Below, piece after piece: positions 28,942 to 37,230 of a stretch of DNA of 64,000 nt. Made by a program: the position numbers and the translations under genes. The notes under the pieces were generated by a model. That model was not told the origin of the DNA, did not search any database, and saw only the letters and a list, made by a program, of their open reading frames with translations. The DNA comes from Candidatus Pacearchaeota archaeon (GTDB taxonomy: Archaea > Nanobdellota > Nanobdellia > Pacearchaeales > GW2011-AR1), in NCBI GenBank assembly GCA_050303855.1, contig JBNLCO010000010.1:30207-94206 (forward strand). Direction: 5' to 3'. Every line of letters begins with the position of its first letter. The first letter of the stretch is position 1.

Positions 28942-29048
28942 AATAATATAAAAATAACCTTGATTTATAATTATTTCTTTTCCGTTAAGATTTTTGCAAA
29001 GGAGTTAGGCACGCCCGCAAATATCGTATAACATTAGGATTTGATGAA

Positions 29049-29119
29049 CTTTGACGATTAATTGCGAAGCTGTCGAAGTTGAGTGGAGCCTGCAAGGCGT
29101 AACCATTAAATCCTTGTAT
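29049..29119. repeat. 71-bp direct repeat, copy 2
   Basis: Identical to 24412..24482. Confidence 0.8.
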
Positions 29120-29267
29120 AATCCCTCCGAGCCAACTGGCGAGAGGACGCAGTCCGTGGGGCGAGGAAAGCTTTAGCTTGACGAAGAAGTAAAATAAATC
29201 ATTTACTAATATATTAAAAAGTTCACTAAGTGAACACAAGAATATGGGGGAAAGGGGCGTTCAATAA

Positions 29268-29978
29268 TTATTTCTTCTCTTTTGAAATTAGATTTTCGTA
29301 TGCTAATAAATGACTACAAAGATTATTTTGAGCATAGAAAGGGCAATCGCAAGACCAAATATTATTTTCTTTTGATAGATGTTTCTCGCCGTGATCAGTT
29401 TTTATGCTTACGAATTTATCTGAAATAGTAAATCTTTCAGGTTCATTTGAATATCTAGTTGCTTTAGCAATTTTCCCTATTAGTTTGCTCACAAATTCAT
29501 ATTTTGATTCTCTGTTTTCTGGAGATATTTCTACTAGAATAATATCGTTTCGTTCTTTAACAGATTTAATGAAATCATCAGAATAATTCATAGTAATGGT
29601 TGCAAGAGTGGTGTTCTCAGAATCTAAATATTGTGTTGCTAATTCTTTGAATGATTCAGAATGCATTTGCATTCGACCAATCTCATCTAGATATAATATG
29701 TCCTTAGAATTTATCTCACTTACGAAAGGAATTATTTTGTCTAAACTGAGAATCTTAACACCATACTTGGAAACTTGGATTTCACTATCAAAATAAATAC
29801 TTGCAAGAATAGCACTTTGTTCATTATGCGTAAACATTTCAAATCCAGTACGCTCACCATCTTCACGAACTTCTTTAGTGATAAGACCCATTTTATTATT
29901 TTGTTCGGAAATAATTCTCTCAAGCATAGTAGATTTTCCACTTTTAGGCATACCTGTTAGTAAAATATTGTTACGCAT
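29268..29978 (-). CDS. THEP1-type NTPase fused to a C-terminal SWIM-like zinc finger
   Basis: 236 aa. P-loop GMPKSGKST. GFEM and YLDEIGRMQMHS align with archaeal THEP1/MJ1559 NTPase (GFRI, IIDEIGKMELFS). The C-terminus CDCPFYAQNNLCSH fits the SWIM CxCxnCxH pattern. Confidence 0.55.
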   Translation of the reverse strand: MRNNILLTGMPKSGKSTMLERIISEQNNKMGLITKEVREDGERTGFEMFTHNEQSAILASIYFDSEIQVSKYGVKILSLDKIIPFVSEINSKDILYLDEIGRMQMHSESFKELATQYLDSENTTLATITMNYSDDFIKSVKERNDIILVEISPENRESKYEFVSKLIGKIAKATRYSNEPERFTISDKFVSIKTDHGEKHLSKENNIWSCDCPFYAQNNLCSHLLAYENLISKEKK

Positions 29979-30060
29979 TTTAATAGAAGAAATCAGTTTG
30001 CATATATAAACTTTAAGCCTCTTTTCCCTTTTTTGTAAATGTTTTGTTTTATTGGATTAT

Positions 30061-30137
30061 ACATCGGGGATAAAAGAAGTTTTTCTGGAACGTAGTGGAA
30101 GAAAAATTTGGGAAAATTGCGAGCCGAGCAATTTTCC
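30061..30137. repeat. 77-bp repeat with nested hairpin, copy 2
   Basis: Identical to 28192..28268. Confidence 0.75.
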
Positions 30138-30290
30138 GTTAAATTCCTGTTATGTCTCCCGACGACTAAAAGGAGAAGAGCGCAGCGGGGCAAAATCCGA
30201 AGGATTTTGAGTTCAGAATTCGGGCGCATCTGATATTAACTACAAAGTAGTAAAATAGCCGAAAGATTTATAAATATAAGATTTATTCCA

Positions 30291-30530
30291 TTGTGTATGG
30301 AAGAAGGATACTTTAGATCAAATAATGGAATAGGAAGAAGTTTTGCGGAAATTGCAAAATATTCAGCTCTTTTAGGTGGAGTATATTCTGTTGCTCAAGA
30401 TGAAGTTAATTTGACTGGAGCTGCGGTTGCAGGAGCAGTGTATATTTTAGCAGATACAGTCAAAGAAACATTAAGAGAAAAAGCTGATGCTTATAGAGCG
30501 CGAAGACTTGAAGACAAATTAAAAGAATAA
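30291..30530 (+). CDS. small Gly/Ala-rich amphipathic peptide (paralog A)
   Basis: 79 aa. Shares a central hydrophobic G/A-rich segment (LTGAAVAGAVYIL) with the paralog at 30901. The two are flanked by conserved upstream (aaagtagtaaa...cgaaagatttataaa) and downstream (aaagaataaatcttt) sequence. Confidence 0.4.
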   Translation: MCMEEGYFRSNNGIGRSFAEIAKYSALLGGVYSVAQDEVNLTGAAVAGAVYILADTVKETLREKADAYRARRLEDKLKE

Positions 30531-30573
30531 ATCTTTTGGTTTCTATCTATTAGCCCGAATTCTGAATTAGACA

Positions 30574-30714
30574 TAACATCGCGATTAAGAGAAGTAAATC
30601 CGAAGGATTTATTTCCCCGAACTTTTCCTCTGGAGCGAAATGGAATGAAGCGACGAGCTGAAAAGTGAGGGCGTAGCGGAGTGCAACGGAGCGGAGTTTT
30701 AATCGCGATGTTAA
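30574..30714. repeat. MITE-like element: 14-15 bp terminal inverted repeats (aacatcgcgattaa / ttaatcgcgatgtt) enclosing about 110 bp
   Basis: Inverted copies lie at 30574-30590 and 30697-30714. The interior contains the AAATCC-GAA-GGATTT hairpin also seen at about 30193. Confidence 0.45.
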
Positions 30715-30900
30715 GAAATCCGAGCCAAAGGTGAGGACGAGGAATAACTGCAAGTGGTTTTTTGCGAAGCAAAAAAATTCTGAAGAGTATTTCCACTTTC
30801 GAAAATTCTTTGATATCGTAGTTTTTGAAAAATAAGTTATTAACTTTAAAGTAGTAAATTAAACGAAAGATTTATAAAGTATTAGTTTATTCTTTCTTAC

Positions 30901-31146
30901 ATGAAATATAAAATACTTAATGCTTACAGAAGTAAGAAAGGAGAAACACTTGTTGGCTTAGTTCAACTTGGAGGACTTGTTGCTTTAGTTGCTGGAGGAA
31001 TTACAGATAGTTCTGCTATGAGTATAGCTGGAGGAGCAGGACTTGGAGCAGGAGTAATAGCAGAAGGAATTGATTATGCGAAAGCATATATGGAAGCAAC
31101 CTTAGATTATAAAGCCAACAAAAAATTTACTAAAGTGAAAGAATAA
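30901..31146 (+). CDS. small Gly/Ala-rich amphipathic peptide (paralog B)
   Basis: 81 aa, GLVALVAGGITDSSAMSIAGGAGLGAGVIAEG. Tandem paralog of 30291..30530 with matching flanks. Confidence 0.45.
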   Translation: MKYKILNAYRSKKGETLVGLVQLGGLVALVAGGITDSSAMSIAGGAGLGAGVIAEGIDYAKAYMEATLDYKANKKFTKVKE

Positions 31147-31413
31147 ATCTTTCGTTTTTATTATTTTTATTTTTCAAAAATTTCGTTTAATCAGCGATGT
31201 TATGCGACAATTTTAATTTCGCATTGGAGCGTTAAACGAAGATATCAAAATCAGAATTTGAGATTTATCTCCGACGATAAAAGTTAAAACAGCGACGGAG
31301 AAAGTGGAAATATTTTTCTTAACATGTATTATGTCTACTTTTCAAGGAGACATAGTCAAAACAGCCATATTTTTCCACATAAGTTTTAAATAATCTTCTC
31401 ACAAAGTTCCAAT

Positions 31414-32241
31414 ATGAATTATGCCCAAAATAAAGAGGAATTGTTACAAAAACTTAAAGAGAGATGTATTTTAAGGGGATTTTCGCGAACAACAATCAAA
31501 TCATATTTATATCATGTAGAAAGGTTTCTTAAATTTTTAGATAAAAGTAGACTTAATCTTACAAAAGAAGGTGTTAAATCTTATTTATTGGCCCAAGATG
31601 TTCAAGTAAATACTTCAAGATTACAATATGCTTCAATAAGCTTCTTTTTCAAGGAAGTTTTACAAGAACCTTTTTCTCTCGAAGAAATTCCAATAAAGAA
31701 AAAAGAAAAACAACTCCCAAAAGTAATTTCAAAAGAAAAAATAAAACAAATGATTGAACTTACTGAAAATTTGAAACACAAATTAATTATCAAACTTCTT
31801 TATTCGTCTGGATTGAGATTACAAGAATTAATTAATTTGAAAAGAAAAGATATTGATTTTGAAAGAAACCTTTTGAATGTCCGAAGAGGTAAAGGGAATA
31901 AAGATCGAGTTACTTTGGTTTCGGAAAACTTGAAAATGGATTTGTTAAAATACTATAGCAATGAAACCTTCAAAACAGAATATGTTTTTGAAGGCAGGGA
32001 GGGAAAATATACAAAAAAATCTGTGCAGAAAGTTTTAGACTTATCTGGAAGAAAAGCAGGGATAAAAGTTACACCTCATATGCTCAGACATAGTTTTGCA
32101 ACACATCTCCTTGAGTCGGGAACTGACATAAGACACATTCAAAAACTCCTTGGACATTCTGATCTGAAAACTACAGAGATCTATACCTATGTTTCAAATA
32201 GAGATTTATCGAAAATTAAATCCCCTTTAGATAATTTATAA
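31414..32241 (+). CDS. tyrosine recombinase (XerA/XerCD-like integrase)
   Basis: 275 aa. C-terminal catalytic region HMLRHSFATHLLESGTDIRHIQKLLGHSDLKTTEIYTYV (R...HxxR...Y), with an N-terminal SAM-like core-binding domain. Confidence 0.8.
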   Translation: MNYAQNKEELLQKLKERCILRGFSRTTIKSYLYHVERFLKFLDKSRLNLTKEGVKSYLLAQDVQVNTSRLQYASISFFFKEVLQEPFSLEEIPIKKKEKQLPKVISKEKIKQMIELTENLKHKLIIKLLYSSGLRLQELINLKRKDIDFERNLLNVRRGKGNKDRVTLVSENLKMDLLKYYSNETFKTEYVFEGREGKYTKKSVQKVLDLSGRKAGIKVTPHMLRHSFATHLLESGTDIRHIQKLLGHSDLKTTEIYTYVSNRDLSKIKSPLDNL

Positions 32242-32242
32242 T

Positions 32243-32767
32243 ATGGAAAAAGATATTGAAAACATTTCTAATAAAAAGATAGACTTCTCTAAACAAGGTA
32301 AGAAAAATCGTGCAGCTGGTCAGAGATTTGAGGCTAAAGTCCGTGCAGGATTGGAGGAGATGGGTTGGGTTGTGGATAAATGGACAAATACAGTGGATTA
32401 TGATAGAGAGGGTGGAACTGGCAAAGTAGTTCCTGCAAAAAGGAAATATAATCCTTTCAAGAAGATAATGGTTATTGGAACAGGGTTTCCCGATTTTATA
32501 GGAATAAGGAAGAAGGAAGAAAAAGTTATGAGGGATGCATTTGAGAACGAGGTAACAATTGGAGAAAATACTTTTGAAGTCGTGGGTGTGGAAGTTAAGG
32601 CAAATGGTTATTTGGATAGGGCTGAAAGAGATATGTGTCATTGGCTTTTAGATAATAAGAAATTTTCAAAGATTCTTATTGCAAAGAAAGGTAAAAAAAG
32701 AGGAGAGGTTGAATATGTTGACTTCTCGGAAAAGTATAAAAAAGATGCTAAAGGTGAATATAAATGA
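32243..32767 (+). CDS. Hjc-like PD-(D/E)xK nuclease (Holliday-junction-resolvase-like)
   Basis: GQRFEAKVRAGLEEMGWVV...GFPDFIGI...VVGVEVKANG parallels Hjc GxxFERELxxxLExxGFxV...DLVA...IEVK, with insertions. Its start is 2 nt after the recombinase stop. Confidence 0.45.
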   Translation: MEKDIENISNKKIDFSKQGKKNRAAGQRFEAKVRAGLEEMGWVVDKWTNTVDYDREGGTGKVVPAKRKYNPFKKIMVIGTGFPDFIGIRKKEEKVMRDAFENEVTIGENTFEVVGVEVKANGYLDRAERDMCHWLLDNKKFSKILIAKKGKKRGEVEYVDFSEKYKKDAKGEYK

Positions 32768-32945
32768 GTGGGTCTAAAAAAGGTAAATACATACTATTTG
32801 GTTTACTAATAAAAGCTGCAATGATTCAGGGAGATAAAGGAAGTATTGAGTATAAGGTAGACTATATTCCAAGGGTTAAAAGTGAAGTTGAAACAACATA
32901 TTCGGATACAACAAATCTTAAAAAATATTTTTACTATAATGAGTC

Positions 32946-33503
32946 ATGGAAAGGAGAGTGATTTTTCTTCTTTATTTAGTCTTTATGATTAGTTTAGGAG
33001 GGATTCACGCATTATGTGAAGAAGGCCAAATAGATATAAATTCCGCTTCTCTTGAAGAGTTGGATACACTTTATGGAATTGGTTCTGCAAAAGCTCAACT
33101 TATAATTGATGGAAGAGATTTTGATTCTATTGAAGATTTAATTAATATTAAAGGCATAGGGGATGTAACTCTTCAGGGCATAAAAGATCAGGGTTTGGCT
33201 TGTGTTAACTCTGATAAAAAAATTGAAGATAAAGAAACTGAAGAGGAACCAGAAGAAGAATCCGTTAAAGAAGAAGTTTATGAACCAGAAGAAATAATGA
33301 TTAATTTGGAATCTGCAGAAGATAAGAAGATACAGAGGGAAATTATTACGTTACAAAATACCAAAGATATAAAAACAGAGGAAAATAATGAAATTTCAGG
33401 AAAGATAGGCCATCCTTATGCGGGATTAATATTATTTTGCTTTCTATTGGGCGGCTTATATTTGGTGAAAGGAAGGAAGAAATATAAAAATGAGTTCAAA
33501 TAA
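32946..33503 (+). CDS. ComEA-like helix-hairpin-helix DNA-binding protein, membrane-anchored
   Basis: Signal peptide, then the ComEA module IDINSASLEELDTLYGIGSAKAQLIIDGR...IKGIGDVTLQGIKDQG, an acidic linker and a C-terminal TM helix. Confidence 0.6.
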   Translation: MERRVIFLLYLVFMISLGGIHALCEEGQIDINSASLEELDTLYGIGSAKAQLIIDGRDFDSIEDLINIKGIGDVTLQGIKDQGLACVNSDKKIEDKETEEEPEEESVKEEVYEPEEIMINLESAEDKKIQREIITLQNTKDIKTEENNEISGKIGHPYAGLILFCFLLGGLYLVKGRKKYKNEFK

Positions 33504-33993
33504 AGATCCAGAAACAAAAGGTATACATGCAGTCTTAGTTTTAGAAATGATAGGGCGCCCTCCAGAATATCTTAACGAAGCCATGTCAAAGGTTATAACA
33601 AACATTGATGAGGAAAAGGGTGTTGAGGTTCTTTCAAAAAAAATTAATGACCCGGTACAACTTAAGGACAATAAGGAATTTTTTAGCACATTTGCAGAAG
33701 TGGACATAAAAGTTGAAGAAATTGCAAACCTTGCAATCTTGATGTTCAAATATATGCCTGCTCACATAGAAATACTCCAGCCTGAATTAATTGCTCTTAC
33801 AAATAATGGGTGGAGTGATATACTTAGTGAATTAGTTAGAAGACTTCACGGATATGATGAAGTGGCTAGAGTTCTTGATTACCAAAATCAAGAATTAAAG
33901 AAGAAAATAGAAGAATTAACAAAAGGTAAAGTATCAGATAATAAGACTGAGGAAAAACCTAATAAAAAAGATAAGAAATCAAAGAAAGATTAA
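33490..33993 (+). CDS. hypothetical protein
   Basis: 167 aa, soluble, with a K/D-rich tail. Confidence 0.35.
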   Translation: MSSNKDPETKGIHAVLVLEMIGRPPEYLNEAMSKVITNIDEEKGVEVLSKKINDPVQLKDNKEFFSTFAEVDIKVEEIANLAILMFKYMPAHIEILQPELIALTNNGWSDILSELVRRLHGYDEVARVLDYQNQELKKKIEELTKGKVSDNKTEEKPNKKDKKSKKD

Positions 33994-35096
33994 AACCTTC
34001 TTTTTGTTCTTGAAGGTAGAACAAATCTTTTCCTTCTTGTTCTTTTGTATTTTGCTCTGAACCATAATAAGAATAACACAATTACTCCGATTAAGACCCA
34101 TCCAATTATTTTGCCTGAATTGCTTTGTGTTTTATCTACACACGCACTAATACAACAACTCGAATCTTTTGCATTTACAACATTTCCATCTTGACAAATT
34201 TGATCAGACAGGCATACAGAACCGTTAAGTTGGGAACAAGTTTTTAGAGTTGTATCTTTTTCTACTACATTTCCATTTTCATCAACAATTACTGTTGAAT
34301 TTGTTACATTTGATTCTGTCTTGTTTTCTTTCTTGAATAAGTCCCAGAAAGAACCGTCATCAGTTTCATTTTTTGTTTCGGTTGTTGTTTCATTTTGAGT
34401 TTGATTTTCAGTCGTGGTTGAAGTATTTTCTTCAAAGGGTGATCCTTGAGAGCTTAAAACAAAATATACTGGGATTTCATAGGAAGTTGAGCTTGAAGAT
34501 AAGGTTATTGTTCCGGTAGTTGTCTCGTTGGTATTGTATAAATACAAATAAATGTTAAGTTCTTCAACATCGGACAAAGTAAAAGAATCTCCAGAGGATA
34601 TTTCGTTATTTTTTGCAACAATAACTAGGTTGTTTCCAAAAGCGTGATTTACAGAAACACTTAGAGTGCTTGGATTTAGATTCTTAAGATAGATTGATGA
34701 ATTCTCATCATCAATTATAAAGCCGGGATTTATGTAGAAATAGGCCAATCCTGAAGTGATCGTAAAATTTTGAGAAACGTCCTCGTTTGATATTTGGTTT
34801 CCGTTAATGTAATGTCTAACTCCTTCAACAACAAAAGAATAATTGTTTAGAGGTTTATTTTGAGTTTGGAAGTACAAATAATATGCGTTGCCTATTCTTC
34901 CGACATCGTGATCAAAAGAAGTTTGGGTATGTCCTCTATAGAACTTAATATTGTCTTTTGTTATAGGGTCAATTATTCCACCCGATATTTTTACAATTGC
35001 TGTCTGTCCTTGAGGGATATCTGGATTATAATCAAAATCCATTGCTAATGTAAAAGGAATTAGCAAAATAACAAACAGCAATAGCACCTTTCTCAT
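33990..35096 (-). CDS. secreted Cys-rich surface protein with C-terminal membrane anchor
   Basis: 368 aa with a signal peptide, many N-x-S/T sequons, a T/N/E-rich linker, a Cys cluster and a C-terminal TM helix plus basic tail. Confidence 0.5.
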   Translation of the reverse strand: MRKVLLLFVILLIPFTLAMDFDYNPDIPQGQTAIVKISGGIIDPITKDNIKFYRGHTQTSFDHDVGRIGNAYYLYFQTQNKPLNNYSFVVEGVRHYINGNQISNEDVSQNFTITSGLAYFYINPGFIIDDENSSIYLKNLNPSTLSVSVNHAFGNNLVIVAKNNEISSGDSFTLSDVEELNIYLYLYNTNETTTGTITLSSSSTSYEIPVYFVLSSQGSPFEENTSTTTENQTQNETTTETKNETDDGSFWDLFKKENKTESNVTNSTVIVDENGNVVEKDTTLKTCSQLNGSVCLSDQICQDGNVVNAKDSSCCISACVDKTQSNSGKIIGWVLIGVIVLFLLWFRAKYKRTRRKRFVLPSRTKRRF

Positions 35097-35127
35097 AAAA
35101 GAAATAATAAAAAGGGGTTAATAAATC

Positions 35128-37194
35128 TTATTTCTTTTTCTCGTCCTTACCAATTTCTTTCAATTTACCCAAGACTTCATCTAATTCTTTTCTATATTTG
35201 AAAGGTTTCTTCTTTGAAGGAGTTTCAGGTTTCTTTAAACCAGTATAAACAGGTTTATGGGGAACTATTCTTCTTGGTATAGGTTTTGAGGGAAGAGGGT
35301 GTCTTGGAGGGGCGTGTCTTAGACCTCCAAAAGTAGGTCTTGAAGGAGGTCCATTCTTTTTGCCTTTCCTTGATTTCATTTTCATGAAGAACATTTTTAC
35401 TTTCTCTCTGAAAACAATTCCAAGAACAGTTAACAAGATCAATATTATCAAAACCCAAATTACCCATCTATTTTTTGTTGTTTTCCCATCTTCAAAACAA
35501 CACACATCTCCAGAGAATTCACAATCATAGAATGAGGACGATGACTCTCCATCTAAACATGAAATCCTACATGAACCCCCGTTAGATGAACATAAAGCCT
35601 CTGAACCAGATCCAGAACCGGAGGTAACACATTCTCCTCCACTTATACAACAAGTTTCTCCCGAAAATAAATCATCTGCAGAAGAAGTTAATCCTCCCTG
35701 ACATTTTTCTCCAGAATCACAAATTTCTCCTCCTTGAGAAGAACAGGTACCTAAAGAAACTGGAGTATCACAACATTTGGATATTCCAGAACAAGTGTAT
35801 GTTGGAAGGAAATTTCCATCACAATCTATAGGAGATAAACAATAATAACCACTGTCTAAGCAACTAGGAGAGGTCTCGGCACAGAACCCACTAATACACT
35901 CTTCTCCGGTTTTACAGTCAAAATCTGTAGAACACTCAATTGTTGTTCCGTTTGAAGGAAGTATACAGTTTCCACTTATACATTCTTCATTATCTTCGCA
36001 GTCAAAATCTGTAGAACATTCGTTTGAAGGGGGAACTGGAGGGTTGATTGTATTTCTAGGCCATATTGAATAAAGTAAGAACGCCGTATCTCTCAAATTA
36101 TCATTATTCCAACATCCCGATTCATCTTGGTATTTCAACAACCAATTCTTGGAGTTTGTTTTCTCTAAAGGAGATTCTCCTTGGAAAGGAAGGAGTGCTA
36201 AAGCTGTATCGTAGTGTTTATCATTGGTAGTTTGTCCAAGCCAATATGAAGAAGCTATTTGTTTTATTAACAGATCTGATCTAAAGCTACCTGTTAGATA
36301 GTATAAGAAAGATTCAGGGATGTAGTTTTGATTATCTTCTGAAAAGGATATTAAGTAAGGGAGGAATGGAGATACTTGATTTTGTAAGTAGTTTGTATTT
36401 TCTGAATTTAAGTAGTAAAGTGTTTGAGCTGCCCAAAGACTTCCTTCGTAATCACAATTTCCCGAAGAATCTGCAAAACAGTAGGAAACCACTTTTTCTG
36501 TTGTCAACCCCCCAGGGGAGGCTCCATGAACAGTTTCAAGAACATTTAATGGGCTTGAAGAAGAATCTTGTTTTTTGAATAGAAGTGTGGAGATAAAACT
36601 TTTATCGCAAGTTAAATCCAAATCTATATTGTAACAAGAAGGATCAACTTTTAAGAAATAACTATCATAACTTCCACCTGCAATGGATAGGCAAGGTCCT
36701 GCTCCAGAAGAAATCTTTTTATCAGCTCCTATTGAGAAATCATAGGAATTGTGTTGTCCAGCAACTTGGTATGCTGCTTCACACTGGGTTGCCTCAGGAC
36801 TTTCAATTTCAAGGAACCAGTCAATTCCTGTTGCTGTAATTTTTTTTGATAGAAGCCAATCTTCTCCTGCAGTTGTATCATAATTTACTTCTGATAATCC
36901 TAAAAGTGCTTGTGAGGTAGTTTTAAGATTACAAGATTGGGAAGGCCAACATTCAAGAGTTGAATTAGAGTCAATTGTAGTTAAGTTCTCTACTGCAACC
37001 TCATCACGGCACTCTTGAACAGACATAAGTGAGAAAATTCTTTCTTCAAGAGATAGTGCTTCACACCCTGTGTCATTTATTTTGTTTTGTAAACAATTAT
37101 ATGCATTGTCCACTTGCGATTGTTCATCTGCAACAACCAGAGGAGTTAGGGCAAATAATAGAAAAACACATAAAAAAATCACTTCTCTTTTCAT
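35128..37194 (-). CDS. large secreted surface protein with alpha/alpha-toroid (prenyltransferase/terpenoid-cyclase-like) region, tandem Cys-rich modules and C-terminal anchor
   Basis: 688 aa. Signal peptide. QDESGCWNNDNLRDTAFLLYSIW-type repeats. Duplicated CSTDFDCExxEECISGxC modules. TM helix and Pro/basic tail. Confidence 0.5.
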   Translation of the reverse strand: MKREVIFLCVFLLFALTPLVVADEQSQVDNAYNCLQNKINDTGCEALSLEERIFSLMSVQECRDEVAVENLTTIDSNSTLECWPSQSCNLKTTSQALLGLSEVNYDTTAGEDWLLSKKITATGIDWFLEIESPEATQCEAAYQVAGQHNSYDFSIGADKKISSGAGPCLSIAGGSYDSYFLKVDPSCYNIDLDLTCDKSFISTLLFKKQDSSSSPLNVLETVHGASPGGLTTEKVVSYCFADSSGNCDYEGSLWAAQTLYYLNSENTNYLQNQVSPFLPYLISFSEDNQNYIPESFLYYLTGSFRSDLLIKQIASSYWLGQTTNDKHYDTALALLPFQGESPLEKTNSKNWLLKYQDESGCWNNDNLRDTAFLLYSIWPRNTINPPVPPSNECSTDFDCEDNEECISGNCILPSNGTTIECSTDFDCKTGEECISGFCAETSPSCLDSGYYCLSPIDCDGNFLPTYTCSGISKCCDTPVSLGTCSSQGGEICDSGEKCQGGLTSSADDLFSGETCCISGGECVTSGSGSGSEALCSSNGGSCRISCLDGESSSSFYDCEFSGDVCCFEDGKTTKNRWVIWVLIILILLTVLGIVFREKVKMFFMKMKSRKGKKNGPPSRPTFGGLRHAPPRHPLPSKPIPRRIVPHKPVYTGLKKPETPSKKKPFKYRKELDEVLGKLKEIGKDEKKK

Positions 37195-37230
37195 GAATGG
37201 AACAGACGATGATTATTTATAAATATTTCT

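Noticed and set aside
28985-29239. 84-aa ORF on the minus strand
   Set aside because: It covers copy 2 of the 71-bp perfect repeat, so the ORF is a consequence of repeat sequence, not a gene.
29993-30229. 78-aa ORF on the minus strand
   Set aside because: It overlaps copy 2 of the 77-bp hairpin repeat. No coding features.
24400-31400. Possible CRISPR array
   Set aside because: The repeats are irregular in length and spacing. The units are not short palindromic direct repeats with uniform spacers, and no cas genes are present.
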